Below are positions 38,024 to 51,395 of a DNA stretch of 64,000 bases, in pieces (position 1 is the stretch's first letter; the number at the start of each line of letters is the position of its first letter). This DNA comes from Massalongia carnosa (Eukaryota). A program made the position numbers and the translations under genes. The notes under the pieces were generated by a model, which was not told where the DNA came from, searched no databases, and saw only the letters and a list, made by a program, of their open reading frames with translations. The stretch lies in contig OZ287084.1 in NCBI GenBank assembly GCA_965645245.1, positions 434,001 to 498,000 on the forward strand. The letters are read 5' to 3'.

Positions 38024-41000
38024 ATGGCAGCTCCAGGCTTCCTGGACTCGATCTCGCCCTGGGGCTCTCGAAGTACCACCCCAAAACCTGGCCAGAGCAA
38101 AGTGGATGGAAGCCCCAAGGCTGGACTTGGCAAGCAGCAAGGCGCCGACCATACGGTCAATCGTCGAAACCGCCTCACTCTGCGAGACTATCCTGCAGAC
38201 TGTCCCAAGTCGACGGTGAAATGGTTCTACGCTGTGGACGTAAGGAGCAGATGTTATGGATTTAAAGCTACTCTACCACCTAGCTAACCGTACTCGTGCT
38301 ATATAGTTTCCTAAGAGAAAGCCACTTCCTCTAGACAAAACCCTGCTGAACCAGAAACCCCTTCCAGCACCGAAGAAATACGTAGCATTCTCCACACGAG
38401 ACTCTCGCTCAATAGAAATCGCGTTTCAAAAACTAGCCGAGAGAGATTCGGTTTCGAAACAGCAAGAAGGCCTTGGTGGAAATGGGAGCAATTCTGCAGG
38501 CGAGTCGGACCCGCAATCATACGCCGGATCAAAGCAAAACACGAGTATCAATGATTCTATGCCTATAGAAAAAGGAGGCTCATTCAAGGTTCCTGTCAAT
38601 GAGGACTTTCTGTTCGATGTCGATGTGGAGAAGAGGGAACTTGCTCCTGCATACTGGTTGGGCCTTATCTACGATGTTAGGCGTGGGAGTTGGTTTTATC
38701 AAGAAGGGTCCTCCTTGCGTCCCTGCGATGAGAATCTCGCAAGTCAGCTGGAAGAAGGATATTTGAAGCTAAAACCATGGCGCTACGAATCGAACCCCAC
38801 CCAGGACTCTAATACTAGGCCAAAATCGAGGCCCGCTTCATTGGCTCTCGGGTCGGGTATTGGCAGCGTGGAGGAGGTGAAGGAACTAAAAGACATCAAG
38901 ACTAGTTCATCGGAAAACTTGAAAGGCGATTCCACAGCAAAACCCAACAGCCAAACCCCTATCCCGGAGAAGTTCTCTTTGCAGACCCAGCGTCTTTTTG
39001 GAACCTATATGAACTCGGTAGTTACTTATCAAGATGCGACGATCGCGTGGATACTAACTGATGACTTCCTTTCACGTATGAGCAGTACGGTATATCAACG
39101 ATTTGCTGGAGGAGGACATCTTGGAGGCGTAAAGGTTGTCCGAGGCTTCTCAGAAGCAAGCAAAGCCAAAGACAAGAAGAAGGAAAGCAGCGAAGTCCAG
39201 GCTACCACCAACTCAGAGTCTACTGCTACAGCTAGTAGTGTGAAGCGAAGATCTGCACCACCTAGTGCCGAGGAAGGGCAAACCTCGGTCGGTACCCAGC
39301 AGGAGCCGGTATCCAAACCAGCGGTGGAAGCAGAAGCCAAAGCTGTACCAAGGCTAATGGTACTGGAAAGGCAAATGTCCTCCCTTGTGGCTTCCCGAAC
39401 TCTTGAGGATCCCGAAAAGCAAGACGAGGCGGTACGTAAGCGTGACGAAGATGAGATTCAAGAAGATTATCGGGATGCCGACGGGGATGACCAAGGAAGA
39501 GAGATTGAGCATCTCATCCTTGTTACTCATGGCATTGGTCAACGGCTTGGGCTACGTATGGAGAGTGTTAATTTTATTCACGATGTCAACGTACTCCGTA
39601 AAACGCTAAAAAGTGTCTACGAGACGTCGCCAGATCTTCAAGCCCTGAACTCTGAAGTTGACAAGTTGCCAAAGAACTGCCGACTACAGGTTTTACCAGT
39701 CGCTTGGCGTCATTTACTGGATTTCCCCAAGCAGAGCTTCCAAGATAACCGGAAGGAGCAGGATCTAACTGATGCCGATAGTGCCGGGGATGAAGAAACC
39801 TACCCAAGCTTGGATGATATCACAGTGGAAGGGGTGCCTGCCGTTCGAAATCTTATTACCGACCTTGCGCTAGATATTTTGCTCTATCAAAGTGCATATC
39901 GGGAACATATCGCCGGGATCGTGCAACGCGAATGCAATCGAGTCTATGAGCTGTTTTTACAACGTAATCCGTCCTTTCACGGCAAAGTGAGCTTGATAGG
40001 TCATTCATTAGGTTCGGCAATTCTTTTTGATATCTTATGTCGGCAGAGAGACACTGAGAAGGGACCTTTACGATTCACCCAACAGAGGCGCCAGCGTTCG
40101 TGTAACAATAGTACTGGTAAGTATAAAAAACCCCAAGATCTCGGTCTCAACTTCGACGTCGAGGATTTTTATTGTCTTGGTTCCCCTCTAGGATTGTATC
40201 AGATGCTCAAAGGTCGCAAGATTGCTGGGCGAAGCCTGCTAAATCGTGAGCCTGTGGAGAGCCCGATGAATCCCGATGCTATGGATGATCCCTTTCTGGG
40301 CGCGTCACTTGATCAATCTGCATCTGCGTCAGCAACAGCAACCAGTTCCGAAATTCTCTCCATTACTTTAAGCTCCCCGAAATGCCGCCAACTGTTTAAT
40401 ATATTCCACAACGCGGACTGTATTGCCTACCGCCTTGAGCCGCTGATATCCCCCGCCATGTCGGCGATGAAACCGCAGCCATTGCCCTACACCAAGAAAG
40501 GGTTCTTTGACGGGCCTGGTCAAGGAATCACGGGAATCGGCGCTCGAGTTGGCCAGAGCGTTTCAGGGTTTTGGTCGAACATCACATCGGGTGTTGCCAG
40601 CAGTCTCTTGAACCGCAGCTTGGGCATCACTGGCGAAGGCCAACTTTCCTCTTCTCAGTACCTGACCGCGCCTCTAGTTCACAATAGCCCATCCTCTTCT
40701 GCAGGCGCGGGAACGAATATTTCCGCTGGCGGTGTCATCTCAGCTCCCATATCGACGGACAAGGATCAAAAACGTCGGTTGACTGACGGCTCGACAACAA
40801 TAGCCACAAGTGGCGAACAAAACGGCGATCATCCCGCTACACGCATGGACGCCGAGATCGAAACCCTCTATGCCGGCTTCCAAAAACGGCGCAAGAGCCA
40901 GCAGATCGACGACGGTCAAGATACAGACCAGGGCCCGGATCAGCAAGAAGCGGGGGAGAGAGCCAAACGGCTTCGGAGGGAGGAAGCCAAGGTGCGGGCA

Positions 41001-41264
41001 CTGAACAGAAACGGGAGGGTGGATTACTGCATCCAGGAGTGAGTTTTTCATTCATTCGCCTTCATTTCCTCCTTTATTTTATACTAGATCGGGTTTATAT
41101 TCTTAGAAATTAGCTGATGAGATGCTATGAATGAAAACAGGAGCTTCCTCGACATCTCCCTTATCGCCAGCATAGCAAGCCATCTCGCGTACTGGGCCGA
41201 CGAGGACGTGAGCCATTTCATTATCTCGCAGCTGCTGGCCAGGCAGCGGGTGATAAAGCGTTGA
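38024..41264 (+). CDS. DDL1: DDHD-domain intracellular phospholipase A1
   Basis: Exons 38024-38239, 38307-41038, 41141-41264. HLILVTHGIG, lipase motif GHSLG, FYCLGSPLG, LFNIFHNADCIAYRLEPLI, NGRVDY, SHLAYW. Confidence 0.93.
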
Positions 41265-42099
41265 GTAGTTTTTTTCTAGAGAGAGGTTAGGGTTTCGCTT
41301 GGCTATGGGGAGTTAGGATAGTCTACTTCCTTCTCCGTGTAGTGGCAATATAAACTTGTTAGGAATGGCAATAAATGCCTTTTTGCCAAGCGTGAGTCGT
41401 AGAAACAAAGCTACAACGCTTATCAGCGCATAAAACTACTTTCGAGGTTAGCGAGCTCACTGCTCGTTGAATGCCAGGCGTATTGGCTTTGGAAATACGG
41501 CCGAGAGCCTGCTTCGTCTCCATGCACGATATTTGTGTGCTATATGAATTGCTTCTGTGTGTTTCGAGCAGTTTCGTGAACAACCACGTTCATCAGTACA
41601 ACCTTTTCGTAAAACTCGCCTGGAGAAAATGTGGAAAACCAAGATAAGAAATGAGAAAGCCTCAAGAGTTTGACTCAACTTCAATCGACGATCTTGTCGA
41701 GTTCTCGGCCCTTACTATTCGCTTGCCCAGAAATGTCAGCATTCTTTGTTTATTTCAAAGTGATCAGATAAACACTAGCTGTTGACGAAACTTCTGGCCA
41801 TTTAACAGGCAATGACGATTTAAGACCTTCAGTCTCAACACTAAACTCGGTCAAGGTCGTTCATCCATGATCCCGAGTTATTTTATACTCCATCGACTTC
41901 CTTTAATTTAACTCAATGCCCTTTCATTCGTGCGGCTCGGGCACTGGTTCTAAAAGGCTCCGATATTTAAAAAAACATTCTGCGTGCTTCTTATTTGCAT
42001 TTTTTTGGGGGTTTCTTTTAAGAGAAAGTCATCTTGGCTATCAGTAAGTCTGGCGTCTCCTCGCTTTCGTAATGTAAGCGCTAATCACGCCGCTCACAG

Positions 42100-42530
42100 G
42101 TTGGGGATCTTGCGCTTGGGTTCTCACTTCCGAGATTTTTGGACTTTCATTAACCACGCACACGGTGTCGCAGTCGGTGCCTCTTCGAACTGGATGAATA
42201 GCTTTATTATCGGTCAAGCCACATCAGTATATATTAGAGAAACGTGGATACAAGACTTCTGTCATTTCGGAGCTTGGCTTTTGACGGCGGTCTTTTCATG
42301 TTTTTATTTGTTTCTGAGACGAAACAATGAGCATTGGAGGAGATGGATGTCATATTTAGATCTGTTGGCGTGGCCGAAGCTATAAGTATCCACTCTCAAC
42401 TCCCTCCAATTCGATGTTGAGCCATGTTGCACAATTCTTGCTGAGGGTCATGTTATAGAATTCTCGACAAAATGTCTGAGATCAATAAAGAGACTGGGCT
42501 CAACGATATTACGGGAAAGCATTAAAAGAG
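42100..42530 (+). pseudogene. MFS sugar-porter C-terminal remnant
   Basis: HGVAVGASSNWMNSFIIGQAT and, in another frame, FVSETKQ*ALEEMDVIF (degenerate PETKG..LEEM motif), with stops and frameshifts. Confidence 0.7.
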
Positions 42531-42963
42531 GCAAATGGCTTCAGAAGGAGAGCTCCAACGTGGCAACAGAGACAGAAAATCACCAAGACAACAGGTGCAT
42601 ATATATCATATATAGAGTACTAAAAAAGGTTGTCTAGAGGTAACATGGAGTCCCATGTATGTTAGGAGTGCTATGTACAAAGTACTCTATAGTTCCAAGG
42701 AACATATCTACGACAAGCGCCATTGATTTAGCAACCGCGGCAATTTCACGTGACTTTAGGCAAACGCCCCTTAAAATAAAAGCCTTAGGTTGGGTCATAT
42801 GAGTATGCGAATTTCAAGGGCCCGGAACTACCATGTGCTCAGTTGGTCTACTAGCTTCTACCCAATCTGCTAGTCCTTAAAGTGTGATATAATACTCTAC
42901 TATAAAGCTATAGTTGACCATAGCTTCTCCGCTTCCATACTGCTTCATTATATCATGAAATGC

Positions 42964-43470
42964 GGCCTGCTAGGTCAGAAACCTCTAGTTACGTGGTGCA
43001 GGCTATCAACACCTCCTCGGAGGTGGCCAATATCTGATCATCGCCAACGCGGAAGCCCACCTTGGTGGCCGTTTGAATGATCAATGTCTCTACTGATCAT
43101 TCATCACTTCGAGGGCATACAAAGCCCATTCATTCGGAATGGCCACACTTCCCCACCTTCATTTATACGACACCACGATCTGCCCTCGATCACGGCCAGT
43201 CTTTCCTTCATTGAGTCAAAACGGTTAAAGAGAGAGGACGTTCGTCGAACGTGTGGAGATACACTGTCTAGTTCATCGAGTCTACAGGATTCCTAGCGCT
43301 TGAAGATCTGGGTGTATGCACCGCGTGGTAGAAGAACTATTTCGTTGCGTTCAATATGGAACAAGGGAGTGGTTATACCCTGGGGGCCAGGTTTCCACTT
43401 CTTGACTGTTGTTTATGTCCATAAATAGCAGTCACAGCGTCATATCCTTAGGATGCATACGCTTAATGAA
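42964..43470 (+). repeat. Dispersed ~500-bp repeat, copy B (inverted relative to 26226-26754)
   Basis: See copy A. In one 144-nt block I counted 15 substitutions (~90% identity); the rest is more diverged. Confidence 0.9.
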
Positions 43471-43610
43471 CTAATAATAATAAAAATCATGAAATGCATT
43501 GGCATTAAGTGACAGCTCTTGGTGGTTTCTGTGCTATAGCTAGATTAGCCAACTAATTGCTTCTTGCAAGCTAACGTTGCGTTGACTGGTTTCTTAAAGG
43601 AGACCGTCTT

Positions 43611-44610
43611 AATGGCCAAACAAGACTCTGTTGAAGATGGCCAGAAGGCTACAGCATCTACCAAAGGTGGGACGCCGACGATGAAAAAAGATCAGTCGGA
43701 TCCGAAAGATATTCACAAGAAAACTTCTCCTCAAGCGTCGAGGAAGCGTGGAAATACACGTACCAACGTGCCAGAAGATGATCCAGTTGATGCGAATCTA
43801 GAATCTCCTACCTCGAAGAGAACAAAAACTTCGGAAGCGCGAACTTCCCCATCCTCACATGAGAGCAAATATAACGAATCTCCATGCTGGGCACAAGATT
43901 CAGGATCTGCTGGACAGGTATGGGAGTCTTTTGCTAGAAGACCTTGGTCTCCCAAATCCTACATCCTCAACACTTGAGAACTTTCTAGCGCTTCTCTTCC
44001 ATGTCATGCTCACTTCAGCTCGGATCTCGCACCAACTTGCATATAGGAGTGTTCGCTATCTTATTGAAGCTAGTTATCAAGATATTGAGGCTCTGAAAAG
44101 AAGTAACTGGGAGGAACGCACGATAGTGTTGACCAAGGGAGGGTACACACGCTATCGTGAAAAGACAGCGACCGTGCCGGGAGGGTTGGCTACTTTTCTT
44201 GAGGACAAGTACGGTATGCATATTTCCAGCGATCTCATTGATCTCCGCCAAATACCTAAACTATTTTCCTATCCAACCAAGTCTAACTCCGTCCAAATAA
44301 TGACCTTAACAATCTCCTTAAGCGGGCATCTTCTACCCCGTCTAAGATCCGCACTCTCCTCAAAGAAATCAAAGGCATTTGTGATGTAGGAATTGACATA
44401 TTTTTTGATACAGCGCAGGGGATTTGGCCTTGCCTTGCCCCTTTCATTGATCCAAGGATTATCAAAACTGCCGAGAATTATGGACTCGGCGATATCGACA
44501 ACATATGAAATCACCTTGGCAAAGATCCTTGGAAGATGTGCAAGCTGAGCACCGCGCTCGCAACAGTGAGATTTGAGAAGAAGGAGAAGGAATACCAGGA
44601 GAGAGGTTGA
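43611..44610 (+). pseudogene. Helix-hairpin-helix (DNA-glycosylase-fold-like) fungal protein, disrupted
   Basis: MLTSARISHQLA..WEERTIVLTKGGYTRYREKTAT..LKEIKGICDVGIDIF..WPCLAPFID. Frameshift near 43870, the intron acceptor after CTAAC reads CAA instead of CAG (~44295), and there is an in-frame TGA near 44506. Confidence 0.6.
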
Positions 44611-45017
44611 CTTCTGAAGAGATATCTCAGCAAAGGATCATGCGAAAGGGTGGAAGAAAGCGGAAAACGTGATTGAACGGCTAAAATGGAGAGACAGACA
44701 TGTACTTCGTAGACGCCAAGTTAATATTTCAGAGTAACTTTGACTCAAAGAAACGATCTTTTAGCTGCGAGAGCCGAAATGACGGCCCAATGAGATATGT
44801 GAAAGGTACTTAAGTACATAATTCGCTTGTAAGCCAATGAATCGATCCGATAACGCGATTGCGTTTAGTTCATCTAGATTGCTGCATTCAGTCTTCGACA
44901 ATCTTGACTATTATTTAAGCTTTGAATGAGACGAGAAATAATGATGTCTGATGAGTAAATGGGAAGAAAGGGGTTGAATAGGGGAACATCGTCAAAGGGG
45001 TTTATGATTGTTTGCCA

Positions 45018-45025
45018 TGACGTCA
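45018..45025. promoter_or_regulatory. Perfect CRE/ATF (bZIP) palindrome upstream of the SDR gene
   Basis: TGACGTCA about 340 bp upstream of the ATG, with a second TGACGT half-site near 45246. Confidence 0.35.
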
Positions 45026-45355
45026 CTAGTCAACTGGTGCTCAAACTTTCGGATCTGATTGAATCTCAGCTGCTGCAAGCCTATTATCTTCACATCATCA
45101 CAGCTCCGCATTTGAAGCGTTTAGGATGATCTTGCATTTGCCCACATAGCTAGAGCAATGTCTTCCCCCTCAAAGCAACGTGTATTTCTATACTTCTAGC
45201 CTCATTGCTGGCTGTGCGCATCTATGAGCGCAGGATACAAAGTCATGACGTGCACGAAATGAAAGACTCAAGCCAATCCGATCCGTTCAGTTTGGCCTAC
45301 TTTTCTGATATACATTACATACCTGCAACAGTGCTACATTTAACATTCACGCAGC

Positions 45356-46573
45356 ATGAAGCCCTTCTTTCTTCTTTCCCCCCGCTTTCCCACGGTCTCA
45401 TACTCCGCTCTCCGTTTCCAACGCCTCTCTCCTCACTCAAGGCCCCGACGAAACTTGTCCACAATGGAAACCATCAAGCAAACCCTCGCGCAAAACTTGG
45501 GCGGCAACACGCACCAGCTTGTGCCCGAAAGCCAGCAATTCTCACTTGACCAGGTGCCGTCTCTCAAGGGCAAGGTTGCCGTCGTAACGGGCGGTTCCGA
45601 GGGAATTGGCTACGGCTGCACGCACACCTTGCTTGCGAACGGCATCGAGAAACTTTTCGTGCTCTCCGTGTCCAAGGACGTGGTTGATGGCGCTGTAGCA
45701 TCGATTCGCGACGAAATGGGCGAAGAAACGGCGGGGAAGGTGACGTGGTTGCATTGCGACCTAGCGGACTGGAAGCAAACGAAGGAGACGGCGGATAAGA
45801 TTGCTGGCAGCACGGATCGATTGGACATTCTGGTCAACAATGCCGGACGGGGAATCATGACTTACCAGCTGACAGACTACGGTGTTGACCGCCATGTTCG
45901 TCCCCCCCTTCCCAAACAGCCTACCTGCTGTACTACCCCTTGAGCTAATCCCCCAAACCCCAAATAAAAGATGGCAATCAACCATTTCGGGCCGGTGATC
46001 CTAACCTCGCATCTCCTCCCCCTGCTCAAAAAAACCGCCTCTCCATCGTCTCCCGTCCGGATCGTCAACCAAGCCTCCAACGCGCACCAATCCGCGCCGT
46101 CGGACACGCAGTTCGCCTCGCTCGAAGAACTGAACCGTGACCTCGGCCCCAACCCGCAGTACGGCCGCTCCAAGCTCGCCGTGATCCTGTACTCGCGGTA
46201 CCTGGCCAAACATCTCACCGCGGGCGAGCACCCGCACGTGCTCGTCAACGCCACGCACCCGGGCGTTGTCAAGACCAAGATGTCGCAGGACGACATCCAC
46301 GAGCCGTACCCGCTGGGCGGGTACGCCATGAGCGTGGCCATGGAGCCGTTCAAGAAGGACCAGTGGCAGGGTTGCGTGAGCGCCGTGTTTGCGGCGACGA
46401 AAACCACCAAGAGCGGCGAGTACATCTGCCCCCCTGCGGTGCCGGAGAGCGGCAGCGGCCTGTCGCAGGACGGGGAGTTGGCGGAGCGCCTGATGAAGCT
46501 GACGCGGGAGGTGGTGAGGGAGAAGACGTACAAGGATTCGGCGGCGAAGGGGTGCCCGTTTCGGGACTACTGA
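45356..46573 (+). CDS. Short-chain dehydrogenase/reductase (retinol-dehydrogenase-like; resembles Neurospora BLI-4)
   Basis: Exons 45356-45895 and 45971-46573. TGGSEGIG, LDILVNNAG, INHFG, catalytic YGRSK, HPG. Arg/Ser-rich N-terminal extension before a second ATG at 45464. Confidence 0.9.
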
Positions 46574-47206
46574 CGTGTTCCTGGGGAGAATTTTGACTTG
46601 GTTAGAAAGGGAATTGGGGGGAGAAGGTTGTCAGACGATGATGATGATAATGTTTACCATCATCATCCCTTGAAGCAGCACATGAGATGCCTATAAAAAA
46701 TATCACTCAGAGAGACCTACAACTGTCTATGACAATCTCATCTTTCATCTATTGCCAGCGCGATATGAACCAATAACTTACCTACACATATCGCTTTTTC
46801 ATTTTCTGTTTTCCAACAGCAACCATATGTATCAGTCCAATCCATACCTAACTAGGTGACCTACCACGTAACAAATCATGTCTGTAGGATTCAACTACTA
46901 ACGACTACCCAATTTACAGGTCCATTAGTTGGCAAAACCCCCTTAAAAAAATTTACCGCTCATTCTCAATCTGCCATCTAGGTAAAAGTAAGGAACAACT
47001 TAATCCATTCCGATCCAATTCGATTCTCCAAATCGTGCCCCCCCCCCCCCCCCCCTTTTTTTTTTAATAATTTTTATTTTAGCGACTGATTCGATATTCT
47101 GCCCTCACTTAACCCTTACTCCCCCTTTCCTTCCCCACTCCCCTCTTCCTTATCTCTACCTCCCCTCCTCCCAATTTCCTACTCCCTACTCCTACTCCCT
47201 ATCCCA

Positions 47207-47752
47207 TCAATACTCGTCCCCATCCCCATCCCCATCCCCATCCCCATCTCCGTCCCCGTCACGTCTCCCATCACGATAGCATTGATGATGGTGATGATAA
47301 CGGCGACGACGCCGTCGAGGAAAGCAGCGCGGAGAACAAGAACTGCCAGAACGTGCAGATTCGCGGTCGTAATCGTGACCGTAACCGCGAGAGCACAGCT
47401 CAGCAGCAGGTATCCCGCCCTCACCCCGCCCTGCTTCCCCGTTTTCGGGTATACTGCCAGTAACCTGGGCCTCGAACTCTAAATTTGTCTCCGACCCCGA
47501 CCCCGACCCCGACCCTGACCCTGAAGACAGAGTTTCGCAACGCTGATCACGGGGCGGGAGGGACTCCCCGGTTGGGCCAGGGCCAGGCGGACCGTGCCAG
47601 CTTCTTATTCTTACTCTTCTTCCGCCGCTTCTGCGTCGTTGTCGCTCGTTCTCGCCTGTCCGGTTGGTACAGGTCTCTTCAGAGGGACGACGGCGGTGGT
47701 GGGGGCCGGGATACAGGGAAGGAACTGAGCCAGGGGGGGCGAAGGAGATGGG

Positions 47753-47798
<46 letters not shown>

Positions 47799-48478
47799 GA
47801 TGGTGATGGTGGTGGTAAGGTGATAAGTTCTTCAATGATATAAGCTGAACTTTCTCCTTCTTCTCTTTCATCCTCCTCCTCTTCTCCAAAAACTACTCCA
47901 GGCCATGGCCATGACCGTTCACGAACGCGCACATCGCAAAAGCCCCAAAACGGCCGTTGGCGCCGGCGCCGGCGAAAGTGTCCCATCATCGGTATTGGCG
48001 GCGGGGGCGGGGCTCGTGCCCGATAGTGCCGATACAGGTGGGGGGGAATGTTGTGGTCTGGGGGCGATCTGCTGGAGAAGGAGGAGGGGGAGGAGGGGAA
48101 GAAGGAAGAAGAGGAAGAGGAGAAACAGGAAGAGGGGTCTTGGTTGTATGGCGGCTGCAGTGGTAGCGGCATTGGCAGGTGGGGTAATGAGGATGGGGCG
48201 GAGATGGGGGAGTTGGTATCGCAGTAGCGGGGAGGTCTCGGGCTATAACTATTGCTCGAGGGCCGGTATACATTGCGAGAATAGCGACTGCGACTGCAGA
48301 TACAGCTGGGAAGGTTGTGCTCCCTGAATTCGTGGGGAAATAGTAGGTGAGTGCCGAAAGACGGCCAAAGGTCGAAAGGTTCCCGGTCCAGAAAAGGGTA
48401 GGAGACATTGCTGCTGCTGCCGTTGTTGGTATTGGTGTTGTCATGATTGCGGTGGTGGAAGCGGAGGGGGAACACCAT
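47207..48478 (-). other. Low-complexity 423-aa ORF (possible orphan gene)
   Basis: Long ATG-initiated ORF made largely of S/P/R/E/GD runs encoded by microsatellites. No recognisable domain. Confidence 0.3.
47753..47797. repeat. (GAT)n trinucleotide microsatellite
   Basis: About 15 tandem TGA/GAT units. Confidence 0.95.
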
Positions 48479-49180
48479 TTTTCTTCATTTATTTTTTCTG
48501 ACACGAGTGTTATTTTTGCCGTTGACTGGTAGAGGTAGGAAGGTAGGCGGAGAAGAGAGCGAAGGAAGGAAGCAAGTAAGGGATAGAAATGGATGAACGG
48601 ATGGGGATTGAGGGGAGAGAACGAGAGAGGATGTTAATTAAAATTATGAGTTTTGGGAGAGACGTGGAAGGTGGGAAAGGCTATTTGTACAAAGATGGGC
48701 AAACTGTTGGAGGCGAGACAAATGACGATGGGTTTTTTTTCTTCTTCCTTTTCTTTCCTTTCTTCTCAGAGAAGCGAGATATGAACGGCTATGTGAGAGA
48801 GGAAGGGTGCTTAAGAGGTTATTGGGAATTTGCTCTGTTTGCTCGGCATCACAGGGGGGGTTGGATAGCAAACTTCAGTCGGCTAAGGGAAGAAGAATGT
48901 ACTGTTCTGGACAAATCGCGCCTGTGTTGAGGAACCGGTAGGTACCTTAGGTATTGTCATAATGAAGCTGGTGTTGGGAATAAATATGGCAACCAAACTT
49001 AAAGCAAGACCGGCTGTCTGCCTCTTGTTTTTATGGTTTCGGAAAACACCTTCTGAACTACACCACGCCCTAACGTCAAGGGAGAATAAACACCAGGCTG
49101 CTAATTCCTCCCAATGATTCAGACATGCATGCCAAAAGTAGGAGAGAAGGAAAGGATAGAAAATATCATAGGTATCAACG

Positions 49181-51395
49181 CTACATCTTTTCGTAAGTTG
49201 CCATGAGGGAGCCTAGAATTTGGGTGGAGATTAGTACATGTCAATCGTCGTATCAACTATCCCCTTAGAAACCCCACAACGGTAGAGAACTCACCAATGA
49301 ACGTAACCACCAACCGACTTCGAACCTGGCAGATATCCTCCGGCACCAGCCAGATCGTAGCTCCCATTTTGCGCGCAATCGAAATGGCCAATTTGGCGTT
49401 CGCGTACGCCTCCTCATCAGTCCTTCCGCTAGTAACGAGATCATAATCCACATAAGAGCTCTTCATACCGTTCAAGACATCCAGCAAAAAGACTCCGCTG
49501 CCAATGGCTTGGTCCTTGAAGCTACGAATACTGGAGTTCCTGCCTCCGCGCTGGGATTGCTCGTTGGCCCATTTCACCATTTCGGCATCCGTGATTTCGC
49601 GCTTTCCGAGCCGCTGAGCAAGGGCCGAAAGCGTTTCGGATATATCACGGCGCATCAGCTGCCATACCAGGCCAAGAGTAAGGGTGCGTTGGCCGTCCGT
49701 AATATCGGCGCCCTGAACACCAACCAGAGAGAATCGCATCTGCTTGCCGAGCTCAATGGCGTAGTTGGTGTTTTCGACGGCCTTAAAGCGCATTAATTCG
49801 CCGCCGGACGGTGGTGGTTTGTTGACGTGACGCCAGTTAACGCTGCCGGGCACGACTTTATCGTACGCTTGAAGGAGGATGCTGCCATCGCGGAGATCAT
49901 CGAAGAGAGAATTGACGGCGGGTTGCACATCCAAGGAGTTGAGCCAGAGGGTAAATACCCGAGCTTCCCGCTCGCCTTCGGCGTCAAAGTCTTCTACTTC
50001 AAGCTTCTCCTCTTCAGTGATAGGGTCGAGGCCTGGATGCGTGTTGAATAGGTTGGCTACAAATGCAAGGTTAAGTTTGGGGTTGCCAGCAACCAAAGAG
50101 GTAGGGGTGAGGAATTTCCGACAGTCTAGCTTATCGGCATTTGTGAGAACCTGCTCAGCTCGTTGAAGTAGATCGCGAGTTTGAAGAGGCCCTCGACTGC
50201 AAAGGTCTGGTGCAAGCTGATTTAAAAGGACGGTGTAATTCTCCCCATCTTTGACATCACTGGAAAAATTTGAAACTCTAGGCTGCAAGTTAGTACTGAA
50301 TAACCTTTGGGTTTCCGAGCACAAACCTCCTTTCCCATTTGGCATTCTTTAAATGATAGTTGAACCATCTCAGAAGGATCTGCTCCGGCGGTAGTCTCAG
50401 AAATTGCTCCAGCGTTTCATCTTCCTCCAACAGCCGATACAACTCTGGGTGTAATTTGATGTCAATTTTCCCCAGTAAGCCTCGTCGGATGACCTGCCAG
50501 ATCAGACCTAGTATCAGATGCTCACGAACTTCTATGATATCCCCACTTCCGATGTTGACTACCGAGCATCCAATCCCTTTCGCCGAGTTGATGACAATAT
50601 TATTGTTTTCTGTCATATGAAACGCGTTCAACGTCTTGATTTTCTTACCCACGCGGTTCAAAACTCGTTCGTCAATGGTGTCTGGCACGCTATCATTGAT
50701 CAACTTTGCCAGCACCAGCCCGTCTTTGCATTCGTCGAACATCTCGAATGTGTCTGTTGGAAATGGCAAACGATTGCCAATATCTGGATCACCGGCTAAT
50801 ACTGCGTTGATGTGTCTCGTAAACTCCGTTCGCTCGTCCTCGTTGATGGTATGGGTTACATTCGCCGAAGACCCTTGTACTTGTATCCTTCCCGACACGC
50901 TACCCTTGGATTGATGCCCCGGTGAAGAAGCCCCTCCGCTTGCGGCATTGGCGGCATTGCTGAGCCCACGTACCCGCCCTGTTGACATACGACTCTGAGA
51001 TGACGACGAGCCACGGACCTTGGAGATGAGCTGAAGAATCGGGTTCGGTTAGGGGAGACTTTCTTGTGGCCAACACCTGCAATCGGGCTTACATCAACAT
51101 AGTCATCCAATTCTACCCGCCGCGAACTGTCCAGCTCGACTTCTTTAAGCGCTTGTCTGACGACATCGTATGGCTGCCGCTCCGATTGCTGCGTTGCTTT
51201 GATTACCGTCGCTTCGTCAATATAGCCCTTGTCTTCAACATCAAGCTTCCGAAAAGCGTCTTGAAGGCCAAATATATCTTGCTGTTGGAATTGGGGGTAC
51301 TTCCTACCAGATGAAGTAAAATCAGTCAATGGCTTTTGTCCATTTTTGTGTCAGTGAGGGTGTATAGCTAACCTTTGAAGCTTGATGACATTCAT
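49181..51395 (-). CDS. SAC6: Fimbrin (actin-bundling protein, EF-hand + 4 CH domains)
   Basis: Exons 51395-51373, 51303-51093, 51030-50327, 50277-49295, 49212-49181. MNVIKLQRKYP, DGLVLAKLINDSVPDTIDER, EQILLRWFNYHL, NAKLAISIARKMGA, GSLMATYEKM*. Confidence 0.97.
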
